Shown: one piece after another, positions 60,058 to 64,000 of the stretch
Position numbering within the stretch: the first letter of the stretch is position 1
Layout: each line of letters starts with the position of its first letter
Assembly: GCA_047495785.1 (NCBI GenBank)
Contig: JBLDXI010000048.1
Location: forward strand, 1,215,499 to 1,279,498
Source: Lepidodermella squamata
Taxonomy: Eukaryota > Animalia > Gastrotricha
Length of the DNA: 64,000 nt
Direction of reading: 5' to 3'
Position numbers and translations under genes: made by a program
The notes under the pieces: generated by a model
Database searches by the model: none
Seen by the model: only the letters and a program-made list of their open reading frames with translations
Told to the model about the DNA's origin: nothing

Positions 60058-61272
60058 ATGAAGCCATTCTTCTGTCTCTTCATATCTGTCCTCGTCAACT
60101 TGGCCTGTTTGTGCGAATCGCAAGTAACAACAACCAAAAATAAGACGCTATCGGATCGTCTCAAGACGCGTTTCTCTGAGCTATGCCCAGCAGTTCGTTC
60201 TAAGGACCTCCCCATCGAGACGATCAGGCAAAATCGCTTGTCAAACATCTCAAACGAAACTTTTATTACTGTTCGAGTTGGCCTGTCGTTATTTCGATTC
60301 ATTGAGATCAGCGACGTAGAAAGGCGGCTGTCTGTTCTGGGCGAGATGCGATTCTACTGGAAATATCCGTGCCCAGAATTAACTTGTCCTGATCTTTTGG
60401 AGGGGAATGACCTAGTGATGTGTAACGTCTCCGAGCTGTATTTTGGCGCGGATACTCAAGGATACTGGTACCCTCATCCCACCCATATCAATTCCCACAT
60501 TTTGCCTCGCCTATCATCGGATGAAATAGCTTCGCTGCCTATGCGAATTTACCCGTTGAATAACGAGGGGTACCTGTCACACCTGAGACGATTCGATTCC
60601 ATGTGCAAATCGTTCCAATTCAACCTATTTCCCTTCGATATTTTGAATTGTTCCATCACTATGGACACTGAAAGCCCTCTCATTATGTACGAACCATTTT
60701 CAATGTTTGTCGACAAAAGCACAACTGCTAACTACATGCGAGACGTTGAGATCTGGCAGCTGGTTAGGTTGGCGCCGAGGAGGGAGATGGTCACCGTTTG
60801 GGACAGCAACATTCCTGTGAGCCGTATTTACTTTTCAATGGTTTACAGGAGGAAAGCGTTTTTCTACGTCTGCAATACATTTTTACCCACTTTTCTGCTT
60901 TTCATCGTGCAAATAGTGTCGCTCATCGTGGAACCAACGTCAGGTGAACGGTCTAGCATTTGCATGGCTGTGATGCTAGCTTACACAGTCATTCTAACGA
61001 TGATCTACGACCAGATACCGAGAACTTCAGAGCCTGTCTATCTGATTTACATGGTCATTACAAAGTTCGCGATTGGAGTTGGTATTGAAGTTTACATGCT
61101 TATTGTCTGGCAGCTAAAAACAATTTCTCCTTCATTGCGAAGGGGTAAATTGATCGAAAGTTGTCGAAGATTATCAGGAGTGCGAATTGCGGACCTTGTA
61201 GTTGCTTCACTATCGATAATAACTGTCCTAGTTTCGGATGTTGCCTACTTCTGTCTAATGATGAGCGGCTGA
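60058..61272 (+). CDS. Intronless divergent Cys-loop ligand-gated ion channel subunit, nAChR-like and cation-type (404 aa)
   Basis: Signal peptide; Cys-loop CKSFQFNLFPFDILNC; pre-M1 RRKAFFYVCNTFLP; M2 SGERSSICMAVMLAY; IPRTS; 4 TM helices. Confidence 0.9.
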   Translation: MKPFFCLFISVLVNLACLCESQVTTTKNKTLSDRLKTRFSELCPAVRSKDLPIETIRQNRLSNISNETFITVRVGLSLFRFIEISDVERRLSVLGEMRFYWKYPCPELTCPDLLEGNDLVMCNVSELYFGADTQGYWYPHPTHINSHILPRLSSDEIASLPMRIYPLNNEGYLSHLRRFDSMCKSFQFNLFPFDILNCSITMDTESPLIMYEPFSMFVDKSTTANYMRDVEIWQLVRLAPRREMVTVWDSNIPVSRIYFSMVYRRKAFFYVCNTFLPTFLLFIVQIVSLIVEPTSGERSSICMAVMLAYTVILTMIYDQIPRTSEPVYLIYMVITKFAIGVGIEVYMLIVWQLKTISPSLRRGKLIESCRRLSGVRIADLVVASLSIITVLVSDVAYFCLMMSG

Positions 61273-61588
61273 TGAACGTTACTTTCGACCAAGGGAAGTA
61301 ATAAAAATCAAGTCCTTTACGGATTCACATAATTTGTTTGAGATGAAACCCATTAGATTGCTGAGCTGATACTTCATATAGTTGTGAGTTCGAATAGGAA
61401 TAAATGAAGCCAGTTAACTTGAGATGGATCTGCATATTGCTCTTCAGCCTAATGTATTAACATTTCAGCATGGCAATAAAATAATTCGGTTCGCATTCAT
61501 CATAGTTCAGTGTCACAATGCTCATACATGAATATCTCAGGTGAAAGAAGTGGGCGCCTATTTAATTCATTAATCCCACAAACGATGA

Positions 61589-63194
61589 ATGGTCCGCTGC
61601 TTTTGCGGCATGAAAAAGCGCCTTTTCTACGCAGAAAGCGAGAAAATGCTCAGGCCATCAAGTAGCAAAATAAGCTATGAGACGTTCAATGGTGACGAAT
61701 GGATGAAGTCGCAAGATGCTGTCATTGAACACTTCACCAAGCTATTCAATGACATCCGTTCGAACCCAGATCGCAGCGATGGGATAATGCAAAAATTCGA
61801 TGACGATCTTTGGCGATATATTTCCTACGTCCGAAGCCTCGATACACCTATTTTCGACCGAAAATTACGCAAACTAGTCCATGAGACTCGAAATTCATGC
61901 ATCGGCTGCTTGGATGCGCTGGACCTGCTCAAAACCTGGCTATGCTGTTGTGTTTTCAGCAAGGTTAAGCCAAAGCGAGCTATCATTCCGAAATCTACCG
62001 ATGACGTGACATTTTGGTTCATGTGCCTGGTAACTGGAATTAGCACATGCCAGTTTCCACCTGAAATTACTCGACCGCCTTTTGATCCGTCAAAACTAGT
62101 CTTCCAGATACCTGATCAATTCAGAATAGCTGTTGTTGGGGATCTAGGGTCCAATGACATCCATCATAAACGGACCCTACAGGCGATAAAATCCTTAAAA
62201 CCTGATGCTATCATTCATTTGGGCGATATTTATGCCTGTGGTCTACCAAGTGAATGCAAGGCTTTCTGGAATATCTATGAAGAAGTTTTTGGCACTTCAA
62301 ATCGGCCTCCACTATGGGCAATACCAGGCAATCACGAGTACATCTGCGGGCTGAGAGGTTTTCGAGAAGAACTGCTCGACAAAAAACGGCTGGGGAAAGA
62401 TGGCTGCCAGGCGAATACATGCTTCGCGCTTAGGAACCAGTTTGTCCAACTCATCGGGATGGATACAGCTAAAAATGCGGGTAATTTTGATAAGATTCCC
62501 GGGCTAATCCCCGAGGACACTTATGACGATGAGTTGACGTATTTGGACGACGCCGAGGCGCAGTGGCTGAGGGAGAAATTAAGGGAGTGGCCTGCGACGG
62601 TTCTTCTCTCTCACCACCAGTACTTCAGTCATACATGGGCGGCTCATAATCCGAATTCAAATTTGAAGGAACAGATTGGTGCTGATATTGCCAGGGTCAA
62701 GCTGTGGCTCTGGGGTCATGAGCATAACTTCTATGCTTATAGGCGTGATGAAAACAACAAAATTTACGGTGGATTGGTGAAAGGACGCTGTATAGGTGAG
62801 AACTCCTGGTTGAATCTAATGGCAATAAAGTTTTTCAATTCAAGGACATGGCGCAATGCCGAACTTGGTCGAGGAAAAGACCTACGATTACTCTCACCAG
62901 CAGGCTAGCACATTGTGTGACTGCTTGTTGAGCATGGGTAATCATTGCTATGAGGGCGTTCCAAAACTTGATCCAGCATGGAGCCCACCGGGGTTCTGCA
63001 AGGACAGTGAAACTGGTCTGAATATTTACAACCTTGGCTTCACTGTGCTTGAAATGACGAGCCTTGGCAACCTAATGGCGTCTTATTATGAAGTTGCTTG
63101 GCAGGGAGATGGAGCTGGGTTCAAAGTCATGCATGAGCAAATATTGCCTACGAATGGCCCATTGCTGTCAGAATCACTCAGTATTGTAGAATAA
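61589..63194 (+). CDS. Calcineurin-like metallophosphoesterase. Exons 61589-62795 and 62845-63194 (start uncertain)
   Basis: Motifs VVGDLG, HLGDIY, PGNHE, LLSHH and WGHEH. Removing a 49-bp GT-AG intron restores GRCIGHGAMP. Confidence 0.85.
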
Positions 63195-64000
63195 AATAGG
63201 TTATTGTTCATCTCTGGTATCTGTTTAGGCATAACTTGAAGGAGATATTTTGAATTTATTTACAAACCGTTACTACAATGATGATGCTAGAATAACATAC
63301 AACATACAACGGAGCATCAGCTGAGAAGCTTGCTGAGACGAATAAAACGACAGAGACAACGAGAGAATGATATAACATAGGCCTTGGGTTCAATTCATAT
63401 CATATGAACAGCTCACCAGGTTATCGCAAGCGGTCAGTATTGTTCATCATCTGGTCATTTCAGGTCGGCTTTGCCGAATATAAGGTGGCGGTCAAAATTA
63501 TAGAGCAGCCCCCATACATCAACTTTGGGATCTTCCATTCAATATGAACAGGCATATTTCGCACTTCATCTTTCTACTATTACTAGGCCTTAGCATTGCC
63601 TTCATTCTTAAACTATCAGTGGGATCGAGCTCGTCAAATAATTTGGGAATATCAAATTTAATATATCAGCATTGCCGGAGATCCCGATCAAAATTATAGA
63701 GCAGGCTGATCGAAATAAATCGCCTTTCAGCTACATAGGTTTGATAACACATTTCTATATCTTATTTACCCCTCCCGTCTATCATCTATTCGCTGGTATT
63801 CAGAAGTTGCGCGTAAGTCAGGCCGTTCCAGTAGGAAAAGAGAACTCTGTTTGAACTGTACTGAAATAGTACTATTCACGAGCATTTGTGTCCATACCTC
63901 AACCGATTTTCTATAGCATATGGATTCAAGGACTAAAAGGGGATGAATAAGGCTCAATCTTTCTCTTAGCGTCATTTCTTGAATCGTATGCCATAATCTA

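Noticed and set aside
29557-62520. Antisense and alternate-frame ORFs overlapping the GPCR, LGIC and phosphoesterase genes
   Set aside because: Shadow ORFs. Their recurrence reflects paralogy of the sense genes.
63400-64000. Repeated tcaaaattatagagcag (about 63492 and 63688) and short ORFs at the window end
   Set aside because: Stops in all plausible frames; no gene could be reconstructed.

Overview
Eukaryotic DNA from a bilaterian invertebrate with a compact genome (AT-rich introns, many about 50 bp; the species cannot be identified from sequence alone). 1-26.7 kb: a complete alpha-neurexin gene on + (15 core exons, about 1733 aa: 6 LNS + 3 EGF, stalk, TM, KEWYV PDZ tail). It carries several frame-preserving candidate alternative exons, including microexons at the positions of vertebrate splice sites SS2 and SS4. 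27.4-28.7 kb: a 5-exon type II membrane putative glycosyltransferase with prokaryote-like motifs and no in-frame ATG before its TM anchor. 29.5-61.3 kb: a co-oriented island of intronless receptors, made of seven divergent GABA-B-like class C GPCRs (five intact, one frameshifted, one 5'-truncated), a 3' remnant of an eighth, and one divergent intronless cation-type Cys-loop channel. This looks like a birth-and-death chemoreceptor cluster. Inserted in the cluster is a 7.8 kb Zator (TP36/ISAzo13-like) DNA transposon with TTA TSD, long TIRs and a spliced transposase that has an unusual N-terminal decapeptide repeat and an in-frame duplicated exon. A 2.9 kb non-coding foldback element is nested in its right TIR. 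The window ends with a 2-exon metallophosphoesterase. All exon structures are inferred from splice signals, phase and motif recall; no database search was run.
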